A stretch of 64,000 nucleotides of DNA from positions 29,611 to 93,610 of the IMG/VR virus record IMGVR_UViG_3300028030_000006, one strand, 5' to 3'. The notes beneath the pieces were generated by a model. That model searched no databases and was not told the DNA's origin. It worked only from the letters and a program-made list of their open reading frames with translations. The position numbers were made by a program, and so were the translations under genes. The stretch comes from a virus (taxonomy: Duplodnaviria; Heunggongvirae; Uroviricota; Caudoviricetes). Of this stretch, positions 1-9,832 are shown piece after piece; position 1 is the first letter of the stretch, and the number at the start of each line of letters is the position of its first letter.

Positions 1-1
1 A

Positions 2-3000
2 TCCGGCAATATTTGTAGAGATGCCCATTCTAGTGGGTATTTTGTGGGTGGGTATAATAATATTGGGGCCAGTAATACAAAGACCAACCCAATCTTCACG
101 ATTGGTGGTCATTACTTACCTGGGGATAATGATTTATGTAATATGTATGGTATCGGCTATTCGCACTGTAATGCTAATTATGATGGTATCTCTACAGTAT
201 TACATAATGGGTGGGGAATGTATGTAGCAGCTGCTGGGTGTGCTCGTATTGGTCTTAATGCAACAGCTGGTGTTGGCTGTGCTGTAGGGTGTTGGAAAGC
301 TCCTACTGTTTGTGCTGATTTAAGACTAGCTTCAGTTTGTGGAGCTATTGACAATCTTTGTGTAAACTGTGCATGTATTAACTATACTACGATAGACTGT
401 GCTAGTATAAATCATTTAACAGCTAATACATGTGTTAGTGGGACCATTACGGCTGAGTATGTATGTGCAACTAACACCTTGTGCAGCTCAGACATGGTCG
501 TTGGTGATACGTTTAGAGCTAACTATGCGATGACAGTAGGACGTTTCAGTAACGATGATACGACACACAGTGCTACAATTACATTTAAATCTACAAAATG
601 TGTAGATAGTGCTGACGATATATGTCACGCAGGTACACTTACGTACGATGAAAATGGTGGGTTTCACCTTTCAAGTACTCTACAAAGTACTACATTTATA
701 GGGGATTGTTTAAGTATATCTGGAACTACATGCTTATATAGCGATGTAAGTATGAATAATAACCTATGCGTAGCTTCTAAGGTAAATATACAAGATACTT
801 TAACAACAGCAAGCTCTAAAGTAAGTAGTTATGCTGGAGGTAATGGGGCTCCTGCTATAGCTTTATGTAATAGCGATATCAATGGAATCAATGCTCTAGT
901 TTTTAACGACCCTTCTAACGTTACACATGAAGGTATTTTAGTTCCAACAAAAGATTCCCCTACACAGTTAGCTGACTACTCAAATCTAACTGCGAGAACA
1001 GATGGACAATGGTACGTAGCACCTAAAGCTAATGGTACTGCGTATAAGGTTTGGACTCAAGGCAATATGGGGCCTGGCAGTGGTTTAGACGCTGATAAAA
1101 TTGATGGGATTGATAGTTCTCAGCTAGTGTATGGGGATAATAGTACCGGTACTCGCTGTAATGATAACTTTGATACCATAACTAAATCTGGATTTTATAA
1201 TGCGCAGAATGCTACAGGTTCTCCTTATGATACACAGTGGACTTGGTTAGTACATCATGAACATTCTAACGATAATGGTTATGGGTTTCAAATGGCAGTA
1301 TGTAATGCTGCTACTGCACGTTTAGCTATTAGAACTAAAATGGATGGAAGTGTAAAACCTTGGAGAGAAGTAGCATTTTTAGATAGTGATATTAGTGGAG
1401 ATACTACTGGAAATGCGGCAACTGCAACAAAATTGGCTACAGCGCGAACAATAGGACTATCTGGTGATGTGTCAGGCTCAGCATCATTTGACGGCAGCTC
1501 AGATGTAACTATTATAGCTACTGTAGCGAATGATAGTCATACTCACGATACTAGATATTATACTAAGACTTGTACTGATAGTAAGTATGGAGCGAAAAGT
1601 GGGAGCTTAGATCAGTTTGCAGACTTTGCTGATGGCGATAATCACTGGCACACTGCAGGTAGAGACTTAAAAGTAAACAATAAAAGAGCTATGGTAGGTT
1701 TCTCTAGTACCGATGGTAATAAATTAGTTATTAATTATGACGACGATTTTTCGAATGGTACGTGTATATGTAAAAAGCTTAATACTGGTTGTGTATATGC
1801 CGGATTGTTGCAAGCTACATCAGTATGTAGTACATCTACAGCACGTGTTGGTTATCATAGTAATAATAATTCTACTCATTGTGGAGCTGTAGATTTTAGA
1901 TCAACATTGTGTGTTGACGGTGCTGATGACATCTGTAAAACTGCTAGGATACACTTACAAACTGACAATACACTATGTATTAGTAATGATACTTGGGCTC
2001 CTAAATTTACTGCTTGTGATATTGTAACAACTAGATATGTCTGTGCTCCGTACGTCAAAGGAACTACTTGGGTATGTAGTCCTACTGTATGTGCTACGTC
2101 TAAAGTAAGTACTCCTACACTGTCTGTTGGTACTGTTTCGGAAGGGTTTAGTGTAGGTAGTGTAACTAAAACATCCGATACCACTATTCGTATTAAGTCT
2201 GATGATGGGCATCAAGCGTCTTTAATGGTCTATGGAGATATTCAAGGTACTGGTAGAGTTTATGTAGGACAGTCTCCTACTTATGGTGGTGGTATAGAAT
2301 ATAACGGGGATAATAATCCTGTAACTACTGGTGCTGGAGCCGATTATGTTACAATGTTTAGACGTAATTCAGGTACTGATTATTGGACGGCTAGAAATAA
2401 GTATGATGGGAATGATTGGGAATTTCGTGAAAATGCTATAGCACGACAATGCTTAGTAGCAGGTTATCACAGTAATGATAATACTTCGCATGCTGGTAGT
2501 TTGGTACTTAGAACGACGTGTTGTGTTGCTGATGCTGATGACGTATGTAGAACTGCAAAAATACAGCTATGGAATAATAATTGTGTTTATATAGATCATG
2601 GAATTGTTACTGGTGGTTCTGTTAAAGCTTGTGGTATTATTTGTAGTTGTAATGCAGATGGTAATGTATGTATTGGTGCTCAGAATACAACTTGGGCGCA
2701 TCTAATGACTGATAGACCTAGTTTTTACACTAATAAGTCTTTATCGGTTAATGGTAGTATTTGCGTACATAGTGGGTTAGCTTGTATAGGAGCTAGTGGT
2801 ACTATATTAGCTAAAACTTGTATGATTACACCTATGTTGTGTGGCTGGACCGGTGGTGTAGTAGGACGCTTCAGTAATGATAATACTACACATGCTGCTA
2901 CTCTTACATTTAGATCTGCTAAATGTGTAGATAGTGCTAATGATACTTGCTATTCCGGGTATTTAAACTTTACAGAAAATGGGTATTTTCAGTTATCTGA

Positions 3001-5014
3001 TCACTTATACGGACAAGATTTTCATGGTGGTTTATTTTCAGGTACGTGTTTGAGTATTAATGGTGTTGCTTGTGTATATAATGACATACGTACTAGTAGT
3101 AAAGTATATGCTAATAGTGGTATTTGCGTATCTAGTGGTACTATTACTACTGCACCAGGTAAGAATAGTAGTTACGCCGGTGGCGGTGGAGCTCCTGCAA
3201 TTGCATTATGTAATAGTGAAATTAACGGAATTAACGCTTTAGTGTTTAATGATGTGTCTAACGGTCCTGGTGAGGGTATATTAGTACCTAAAACAGATAA
3301 CCCGTCAGGGTTAGCTAACTACACTAGTTTATATGCTAGATGTGACGGTCAGTGGCATATAGCACCTACTGCTTGTTCTACGTCTTATAAGATCTTTCAT
3401 CAAGGCAATATGGGACCTGGTAGTGGACTAGATGCAGATACTGTGGATGGAGTTGAAGCTAACTCATTAGCTAGGGCAGCTTTTAGGACTGACAATTCTG
3501 GTACAGACAGTACAACATGGTATAAAATTGCGAGAGTGACTCTATCAGGACGTTACCAAAATTATAACACGGAACTTCACTATATGAGTGAAGGTAGTAG
3601 TAATGTTATGCCGTATGTAGGTAAGCTTAATTTGCGTGTTAAGCAGCAAGCTGACTTTGGGAATGATCCTTATGTATCGGTATATGATTATTATGATGTA
3701 GCATCAGTTACAGATTTTAGTTACGTTATTGTTGATAATTCAGGACCATCTATTGTAGATATCTATGTAAAAAATAAATTAACTTATAACTATATTATAG
3801 GTACGCGTATTGAATCTTCTAGTGGTGCTGATAAAGTTGAATATTATGATTTAGCTACAAAACTTACTACGGAGCCTGCTGGGTTAGTACCTGCAGTTAA
3901 GCAGCATGTTGGACGTAGCTATGTGCAGACTTGTGGCGATACTATGACAGGCCAATTAAGTGTTTGTGGTAGTGGTACTATTGGTGGACCTAATGGTAGT
4001 GTTAATAATGGATATATTAGAGTTACGTGTGGTGGTGCTACGCTAGGTATAGATCCTAACGAAATTCAAACTACTGAGAGTGTATTGGGTTTATCTACTG
4101 CTGGTGGTACTGGGACATTAAAATTTAATGATCATACAGTTTGGCATGTAGGAAATATGGGAAGTGGGCATGGTTTAGATGCTGATAAGGTAGATGGATT
4201 ACACGCTAGTCAATTTGTTAGAAGTGATGCTGAAGACCATGCCACGGGTAAATTGTGGTTAGATGGCGGAGCTGTAATAAATAGTCACGTGTGTTGGACA
4301 AACACTAAGAATATTGTTCTTAACGCTAACGCAGATAACGCTGAATGGTCATTTGATTTACATAAATGCGGATATACTGGTGCTAAGTGGCATGTATGGG
4401 ATGAAGATAAAAGTTCATTGTTATCCGTACATCCTGATGATGGTACTGTTTGTACTCACTATAACTTAAGAGTCGGTAGTGCGCTGACTGTTGGCGGGTC
4501 AGCTGGACACTTTTTCAATGATGGTAATGGACGTACTGCGTATACTGGTGCGGACTTTTATATTCAGAGTGGTGCCCCTGTAACATACATTTATAGTCCT
4601 AATATCTACTTAGGAGATTCCGCAGGCTCTACTGTGTGGATGCGCGGCAATGCTTTAGTTGGTAATAATTGGGAGTTTAAAACTTCTGGTGAACTGTTAA
4701 TACATAGCTCTACACCGACGATAAGATTAAAAGATGTAGATAGTACTGGCTCCAATAATGCTATTAAATTCCAAACAGGTGCTAGTCAGGACTTGGCAAT
4801 TCGTCATGAGATCTCTGATAGTAATTTACCAACACCAGGGCAAGCAGTCGTAATACAGAATACATCTGATGCAGGTAATCATACGCAGTTAATAGTAGAT
4901 GAAGATGTATATGTACATGGTGGGAGTGGTACTGATGTATCAGGTGCTGTTAGGGTGCTACATTTAGGAGATTGTGATGATTTTGAAACGGCATATAACG
5001 CTGCCAAAGCGTAA
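2..5014 (+). CDS. Giant tail fibre protein, 5'-truncated by the window start. Internally repetitive, with a repeated ~33-aa Cys-containing motif (GYHSN/RFSNDDTTH...CVDSADDIC) and a repeated 'GNMGPGSGLDADKIDG' motif.
   Basis: The open frame runs from nt 2 with no upstream stop. Residues from nt 2 (SGNICRDAHSSGYFVGGYNNIGASNTKTNPIFTIGGHYLPGDNDLCNMYGIGYS) are near-identical to an internal segment of the next gene (nt 6020-6190). The 1656-aa ORF has low-complexity beta-rich G/S/T/N composition typical of fibres. A ~200-aa module is duplicated at nt 540-1130 and 2860-3470. Confidence 0.7.
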   Translation, partial: SGNICRDAHSSGYFVGGYNNIGASNTKTNPIFTIGGHYLPGDNDLCNMYGIGYSHCNANYDGISTVLHNGWGMYVAAAGCARIGLNATAGVGCAVGCWKAPTVCADLRLASVCGAIDNLCVNCACINYTTIDCASINHLTANTCVSGTITAEYVCATNTLCSSDMVVGDTFRANYAMTVGRFSNDDTTHSATITFKSTKCVDSADDICHAGTLTYDENGGFHLSSTLQSTTFIGDCLSISGTTCLYSDVSMNNNLCVASKVNIQDTLTTASSKVSSYAGGNGAPAIALCNSDINGINALVFNDPSNVTHEGILVPTKDSPTQLADYSNLTARTDGQWYVAPKANGTAYKVWTQGNMGPGSGLDADKIDGIDSSQLVYGDNSTGTRCNDNFDTITKSGFYNAQNATGSPYDTQWTWLVHHEHSNDNGYGFQMAVCNAATARLAIRTKMDGSVKPWREVAFLDSDISGDTTGNAATATKLATARTIGLSGDVSGSASFDGSSDVTIIATVANDSHTHDTRYYTKTCTDSKYGAKSGSLDQFADFADGDNHWHTAGRDLKVNNKRAMVGFSSTDGNKLVINYDDDFSNGTCICKKLNTGCVYAGLLQATSVCSTSTARVGYHSNNNSTHCGAVDFRSTLCVDGADDICKTARIHLQTDNTLCISNDTWAPKFTACDIVTTRYVCAPYVKGTTWVCSPTVCATSKVSTPTLSVGTVSEGFSVGSVTKTSDTTIRIKSDDGHQASLMVYGDIQGTGRVYVGQSPTYGGGIEYNGDNNPVTTGAGADYVTMFRRNSGTDYWTARNKYDGNDWEFRENAIARQCLVAGYHSNDNTSHAGSLVLRTTCCVADADDVCRTAKIQLWNNNCVYIDHGIVTGGSVKACGIICSCNADGNVCIGAQNTTWAHLMTDRPSFYTNKSLSVNGSICVHSGLACIGASGTILAKTCMITPMLCGWTGGVVGRFSNDNTTHAATLTFRSAKCVDSANDTCYSGYLNFTENGYFQLSDHLYGQDFHGGLFSGTCLSINGVACVYNDIRTSSKVYANSGICVSSGTITTAPGKNSSYAGGGGAPAIALCNSEINGINALVFNDVSNGPGEGILVPKTDNPSGLANYTSLYARCDGQWHIAPTACSTSYKIFHQGNMGPGSGLDADTVDGVEANSLARAAFRTDNSGTDSTTWYKIARVTLSGRYQNYNTELHYMSEGSSNVMPYVGKLNLRVKQQADFGNDPYVSVYDYYDVASVTDFSYVIVDNSGPSIVDIYVKNKLTYNYIIGTRIESSSGADKVEYYDLATKLTTEPAGLVPAVKQHVGRSYVQTCGDTMTGQLSVCGSGTIGGPNGSVNNGYIRVTCGGATLGIDPNEIQTTESVLGLSTAGGTGTLKFNDHTVWHVGNMGSGHGLDADKVDGLHASQFVRSDAEDHATGKLWLDGGAVINSHVCWTNTKNIVLNANADNAEWSFDLHKCGYTGAKWHVWDEDKSSLLSVHPDDGTVCTHYNLRVGSALTVGGSAGHFFNDGNGRTAYTGADFYIQSGAPVTYIYSPNIYLGDSAGSTVWMRGNALVGNNWEFKTSGELLIHSSTPTIRLKDVDSTGSNNAIKFQTGASQDLAIRHEISDSNLPTPGQAVVIQNTSDAGNHTQLIVDEDVYVHGGSGTDVSGAVRVLHLGDCDDFETAYNAAKA

Positions 5015-5031
5015 ACTAAAAGGATAAATAT

Positions 5032-8000
5032 ATGGCAGATATGACAAGTTTAGGTACCTTAATTGGTACCGATATAAAAAATATAAATACATGTTTGGGT
5101 ACAAAGTTGAATTGTGCTGGTGGGGCGCTATCTGGAACATTGTTAATGGATAAAATTGGTAGTTGTTCACAATCTATCTATTTTAAAAGCTCTGATTCGA
5201 CCTCTGCTGATTTCGCTATCCGTTCTTACGGTGAAGGGTTAGATTTTTATGAGCCAGAAGATGGTTGTAAATTGCATATGAGAATTTGTGATGACTCTGG
5301 AGTTAATGCTGTCTATGGCTTGATGGAAAATAATGTTAAGTTATGTAATAAGTATTTAGGAAAAACAGCTAAAGCAGCGGATTCTGACAAATTAGATGGC
5401 CAATATAGTAGTGGGTTCAGGAGATCAATTGGTAATGCGTCTGCTAATGTTGGAGTTAATGGAGAATCTCATTGGGTAACTGTTGCTAAGAATGTCGGTG
5501 GTAGGCATAGCGGTACTGTTATTGTCAGTGACCAAGATAGTGGAGATCACTCATTTATTGAAATTAACTGGGTGCGTTCTTATCTAGACTCCTCGTTTAA
5601 TGTTATTAATATTGGAGGACATGCTAACAAGATAACAGGTGTGCGGGTATTATATAATAACAATAATGATGGGTCTAATGGAAATATCTATAAAGAAAAA
5701 TTGTTACAAGTACAAGTGACTGCTCAAAGTACATATTCAGTAAAAGTTATAAGTGACTCATACACACCTGGTTGGGGTGGGCATACTGTAGTTACACCAA
5801 TTGTGGAAGATACAAAAACTGACTATTTAACTAAAGGCCCAGTACTTACAGATATTGCTTGTAATACAAGTGCTATACAGAAACATTTGACTGTTGGGGG
5901 CGATACTAAAGTACATGGAATGATGTGCTCCACTAAATCTTGCAGTAGTTGTGACTATGGGGCTTATATGTGCAGGAGCTGTATCAATACTATTGTAACT
6001 TGTGCAGATAAAGTATTGATGTCAGGTAATATTTGTAGAGATGCCCATTCTAGTGGCTATTTTGTTGGTGGGTATAATAATATTGGGGCCAGTAATACAA
6101 AGACCAACCCAATCTTCACGATTGGTGGTCATTACTTACCTGGGGATAATGATTTATGTAATATGTATGGTATCGGCTATTCTAACCATTGTGCTAACTA
6201 TGATGGTATTTCTAATGTGCTAGGTGGCAGTAATTGGGGTTTATATGTGGCTTCTGCTGGGTGTGCTCGTATTGGTCTTGGATCAAGTAATGGTGTTGGC
6301 TGTGCTGTGAGTTGTTGGAAAGCTCCTGTTATATGTGGAACCACTGCCGTATGTACAGCGTGTATAGCTACTGGGCGATTGGAGGCTACAGCAGACATTA
6401 CTGCTCAAGGTTGTATTTACTCGAATAGTTGTATTGTAACAAGTGGTATTATTAAGGGAGCTACAGTTTGTGGTTTTAATAAAGTAATTGGTCCTGTTGG
6501 ATGTTTTACTACACAAAACACGGTAGGGTACTACAGTAACAACGATACAACACATTGCGGAAAAATAGAATTTCGTTCAGCGTTAAGTGTAGCAAATGCT
6601 GATGATACGTGTCTATCATCTTGCCTATATCTGCACACAAATAATATATTACACTCGAATGTATCTATATGTACTCAAAGATTATACACTAACATTACCT
6701 GTACTGATAGGATTAAATTTAAGCCTGGTACGGCTGGTAGTGATGATGCGTCAATTGAGTGGTTAGGTAGTGACAATGCTGGATGTTTAAGGATATCAAC
6801 TAGTGATGATAATGGTTCTGAGCCAATAGAGTTTGGGGATTATGATAATACACACCAAGGTGGAGCTTTTTGTAGTTGGGGTAGATGGAATAGAGCAGGA
6901 TTACAGCTATCTAATGATTTAGTAGTTAAAGGTGGTGATATATGTATCTGTAACGTTAATAAAGGTATCAGTTTTCAAGACTGTAATAGGATGTGGTTAT
7001 CTACTGGTGGCAATAAAGACTGGGGGTTATTTTGGAATACTGATACTAACTCATTTGAGTTGAAGGCTGCTGGTACAACTAAACAGATCTTTGATATTGA
7101 TGCTAATAGTATTACTGCTGGCTGTTTTTGCGGTAAAGCTAGTAGTGCTAATGGTGCAGATTGTGCTGACCATGCAAGATTTGCTTGTTGTGTATGTGTA
7201 CACCAGACGGATACTGGAACTGGTGAGTATGAGATGGTTTGGCAAAATGCTGATAAGTGTCTGTATAGTTCGACTAGCTTTGTTATATACAGAGGTGGCA
7301 CATCACGGGAAACTCCATTTATTAAAATTGGTGCTTGGGGGTCTGATGACGTAGATAGAACGTCAGCTATCTGTTTTAGAAGTCAGTGTAAGTGCGGTGA
7401 CGGGGATACTGTATGTCATGCAGGATCAGTATACCTTGCAAAAGATGGAGACTTATATACTGCACAAAATTTCCACTCTAACGCACTATATTCTGGTGCT
7501 TTATGCGCTAATACTATCGGTGTAGGACAAACAGACGGTGTTTGTGGCCATGGTGTAAGTTTGTACGGTGGTCCGAGTAGCGGCATGCCAACATACGGTA
7601 TGGCATTTGCAAAAACTTGTACGTATGGTACATATGGTTGTGTGTCTGGAGATTGGGCGACTTATCTTACTATGAGCACTAATGCAGGACGTGGGTGGAT
7701 ATTTAAAGCTGCTGGTGGTAGTAATGTCGCAAGTATTAGTAATGACGGTAGGATGTGGTTAAATAGTAGTATGTACTCTCCTACCATTTGTGGTTGTAAT
7801 TACCAGACTAGAGACCAAAACAGTGGATACTGTCTAAAACACGTATCTAACAGTACTACACCTGTTTGCAGAACGTCTGGTAATATTATAACAGGTGGTA
7901 GTGATTATGCAGGGTTAGGTAAGCTTAACAATGTTGCGGTACAGACATGGTATGGATTTTCTATTAGTCCGACTATTAGTGGGCAAGCTATTGCTCAAGG

Positions 8001-8934
8001 TAAACCAGCATTTAGTGTTAACGCTAGAAATGGTTGTACGATTGTCGCAGGAAATGCTACAGCATTGGGATCAATTACAGCAGAATGCTCTATCACTGCA
8101 GGGCACTATAGTAACAACAATACGATCCATGGTGGTGTTATCCTATTCAAAGGGTCTAAATGTGTAGCGGATGCTGATGATATCTGTATTGTACAGCGCA
8201 TATGTTTGAACCCTTATGCTGGCTCATTAGAGACAGCTACAACATTTTGCGCCTCACAACTCCATACAGATCTAGTATCAGCGTGCAACCTTCACGCAGA
8301 ATGTACTGTAGAGATCGGTAGTATATCGTGCAATCGAGATAGTAAGTTGTCTGTATTTGCTGGCGATGCTAATGTAGCTACAATACAGGCACTAGGAAAT
8401 AGTCAAGGAACAGGTAGATTATTCGTTGGCCAGTCCACTACTTATGGTGGAGGTATTGAGTACAATGGTGATAATAATCCTGTAACTACTGGTGCTGGAG
8501 CCGATTATGTTACGTTATATCAAAAACGAAACGGAACTTTTAATTGGACTGCTAAAAACTATGTTAATAGTTATAATTGGGAGTTTCGAGGGGATGTTAA
8601 AGCTGTATCGTTTACAGAGACTTCTGCTAAACGGTATAAAACTGATATTTGTGAGTATGGTAAACAAACTTGCGTTTTATGTAGTTTAGCTAAATTAAGA
8701 CCAGTTACATATAAATTAAAGGAGGATTCAAATCATTGTAATCAGTATGGATTTATTGCAGAGGATGTGGAACAAGTATTCCCTGAATTTGTTCAGTATG
8801 ACGTATCTGGTGAGCAGGTAGAAGGGCTTCAGTATGCTAAAATGGTTAGTGTACTAACCGCAGGTATACAAGAGTTAAAAGAGCTTGTTGAGAAGCAAGA
8901 TAAACGAATAAAAGAGCTAGAGCAGATACTTTAG
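5032..8934 (+). CDS. Tail fibre protein with C-terminal intramolecular chaperone (peptidase S74-like) autoproteolytic domain
   Basis: RBS AAAAGGA precedes the ATG at 5032. The 1300-aa product shares modules with the upstream fibre (nt 6020-6330 ~ nt 2-330; GQSPTYGGGIEYNGDNNPVTTGAGADYVT at 8428-8510 ~ 2268-2350). The C-terminus '...QYGFIAEDVEQVFPEFVQYD...LQYAKMVSVLTAGIQELKELVEKQDKRIKELEQIL' matches the endosialidase/T5 L-shaped-fibre chaperone domain pattern. Confidence 0.75.
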   Translation: MADMTSLGTLIGTDIKNINTCLGTKLNCAGGALSGTLLMDKIGSCSQSIYFKSSDSTSADFAIRSYGEGLDFYEPEDGCKLHMRICDDSGVNAVYGLMENNVKLCNKYLGKTAKAADSDKLDGQYSSGFRRSIGNASANVGVNGESHWVTVAKNVGGRHSGTVIVSDQDSGDHSFIEINWVRSYLDSSFNVINIGGHANKITGVRVLYNNNNDGSNGNIYKEKLLQVQVTAQSTYSVKVISDSYTPGWGGHTVVTPIVEDTKTDYLTKGPVLTDIACNTSAIQKHLTVGGDTKVHGMMCSTKSCSSCDYGAYMCRSCINTIVTCADKVLMSGNICRDAHSSGYFVGGYNNIGASNTKTNPIFTIGGHYLPGDNDLCNMYGIGYSNHCANYDGISNVLGGSNWGLYVASAGCARIGLGSSNGVGCAVSCWKAPVICGTTAVCTACIATGRLEATADITAQGCIYSNSCIVTSGIIKGATVCGFNKVIGPVGCFTTQNTVGYYSNNDTTHCGKIEFRSALSVANADDTCLSSCLYLHTNNILHSNVSICTQRLYTNITCTDRIKFKPGTAGSDDASIEWLGSDNAGCLRISTSDDNGSEPIEFGDYDNTHQGGAFCSWGRWNRAGLQLSNDLVVKGGDICICNVNKGISFQDCNRMWLSTGGNKDWGLFWNTDTNSFELKAAGTTKQIFDIDANSITAGCFCGKASSANGADCADHARFACCVCVHQTDTGTGEYEMVWQNADKCLYSSTSFVIYRGGTSRETPFIKIGAWGSDDVDRTSAICFRSQCKCGDGDTVCHAGSVYLAKDGDLYTAQNFHSNALYSGALCANTIGVGQTDGVCGHGVSLYGGPSSGMPTYGMAFAKTCTYGTYGCVSGDWATYLTMSTNAGRGWIFKAAGGSNVASISNDGRMWLNSSMYSPTICGCNYQTRDQNSGYCLKHVSNSTTPVCRTSGNIITGGSDYAGLGKLNNVAVQTWYGFSISPTISGQAIAQGKPAFSVNARNGCTIVAGNATALGSITAECSITAGHYSNNNTIHGGVILFKGSKCVADADDICIVQRICLNPYAGSLETATTFCASQLHTDLVSACNLHAECTVEIGSISCNRDSKLSVFAGDANVATIQALGNSQGTGRLFVGQSTTYGGGIEYNGDNNPVTTGAGADYVTLYQKRNGTFNWTAKNYVNSYNWEFRGDVKAVSFTETSAKRYKTDICEYGKQTCVLCSLAKLRPVTYKLKEDSNHCNQYGFIAEDVEQVFPEFVQYDVSGEQVEGLQYAKMVSVLTAGIQELKELVEKQDKRIKELEQIL

Positions 8935-8961
8935 TTCTATAAATAATTTAAAGGAAACAAA

Positions 8962-9261
8962 ATGGTATATTTAGAAAGTTTAACAATGATTGATGGGACA
9001 GAGATTGATGGTGTAGCTATTAGAGTTAATAGTGTACAAGTTCGTAGAGCTATGATGGTAGCTGATACAAAGTTTGAGTGTGAAGCTAATATAGAATTCT
9101 TCAGATACGATAAAGAAAATGAGCAACTAGGGGAGTATATACAAATACCTTTCTATAGTTTACAGTTCCCTTATGATGGTGCAGAAGATGGTAATATTAT
9201 CAAACTAGCATATCTTGAGGTTGTAAAATTGCCGGCATTCACCGACGGCGTAGAGATATAA
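8962..9261 (+). CDS. Hypothetical protein (possible fibre-associated/assembly protein)
   Basis: 99-aa ORF with RBS AAAGGAAAC 5 nt upstream of the ATG. It sits between the fibre and lysin genes. Confidence 0.45.
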   Translation: MVYLESLTMIDGTEIDGVAIRVNSVQVRRAMMVADTKFECEANIEFFRYDKENEQLGEYIQIPFYSLQFPYDGAEDGNIIKLAYLEVVKLPAFTDGVEI

Positions 9262-9284
9262 AGTAAAACAGTAAAAGGATATTT

Positions 9285-9809
9285 ATGAGTAATTTTGAAA
9301 AGGCGTTAAACGAAGTATTAAAAGATGAGGGAGGGTACGTAAAAGACCCTCTCGATAATGGTGGTGAGACATTTAAAGGTATATCTAGACGTTACTTTCC
9401 TAAGTGGGAAGGGTGGGACATTGTAGATGTAAACCATTTTGATGAACGTTTAGATGATCTTGTGAGTAAGTTTTATAAGCACTACTTTTGGGATACTTTA
9501 AAGTTGGACGACGTACAGAGCCCATTTATAGCTGAAATGTTATTTAATGTTGGAATAAATCAAGGTAAGAAAGTTGTAACGAAGAAAGTGCAGCGTATCT
9601 TAGGCGTATCCGTAGATGGTATTATTGGGCCTAAGACGATAAGTGCTTTGAATAGTGTAGATGAAGGTAAATTTGTATTTCAATTTATTCTTGAAACTAT
9701 TGACTTGTATGTACATATCGTAAACACACATACAAACCAACGAAAGTTCCTACTTGGTTGGTTAAATAGGGCGATGCGTTTATATCATAAATACCTACGA
9801 GAGGGTTAA
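9285..9809 (+). CDS. Peptidoglycan hydrolase: GH108 N-terminal domain plus C-terminal peptidoglycan-binding domain
   Basis: N-terminus 'FEKALNEVLKDEGGYVKDPLDNGGETFKGIS' matches the GH108 signature (EGGY..DP.D.GG.T..GI). The C-terminal 'VSVDGIIGPKTISALN' is a PG_binding-like motif. RBS AAAAGGA is present. Confidence 0.7.
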   Translation: MSNFEKALNEVLKDEGGYVKDPLDNGGETFKGISRRYFPKWEGWDIVDVNHFDERLDDLVSKFYKHYFWDTLKLDDVQSPFIAEMLFNVGINQGKKVVTKKVQRILGVSVDGIIGPKTISALNSVDEGKFVFQFILETIDLYVHIVNTHTNQRKFLLGWLNRAMRLYHKYLREG

Positions 9810-9819
9810 ATCTCTCGTA
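9796..9819. terminator. Hairpin at the convergent gene junction (8-bp stem TACGAGAG/CTCTCGTA, 8-nt loop). Candidate bidirectional terminator.
   Basis: A perfect inverted repeat overlaps the lysin stop codon and lies 14 nt from the stop of the convergent - strand gene. No clear U-tract is present. Confidence 0.35.
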
Positions 9820-9832
9820 AGTATATGGTACG

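Noticed and set aside
1876-2215. Minus-strand ORFs inside the tail fibre gene (1876..2184, 1973..2215) and plus ORFs 6041..6223, 3060..3242
   Set aside because: They are shadow ORFs within the long fibre reading frames and show no RBS.
1-9000. Diversity-generating retroelement (DGR) hypothesis linking the RT to the tail fibres
   Set aside because: The RT has QGxxxSP, not the DGR-typical SQ motif, and lies 50 kb from the fibres. The repeated fibre segments differ by all substitution types rather than adenine-specific changes. No TR/VR pair of 100+ bp with A-mutagenesis pattern was seen near the RT.
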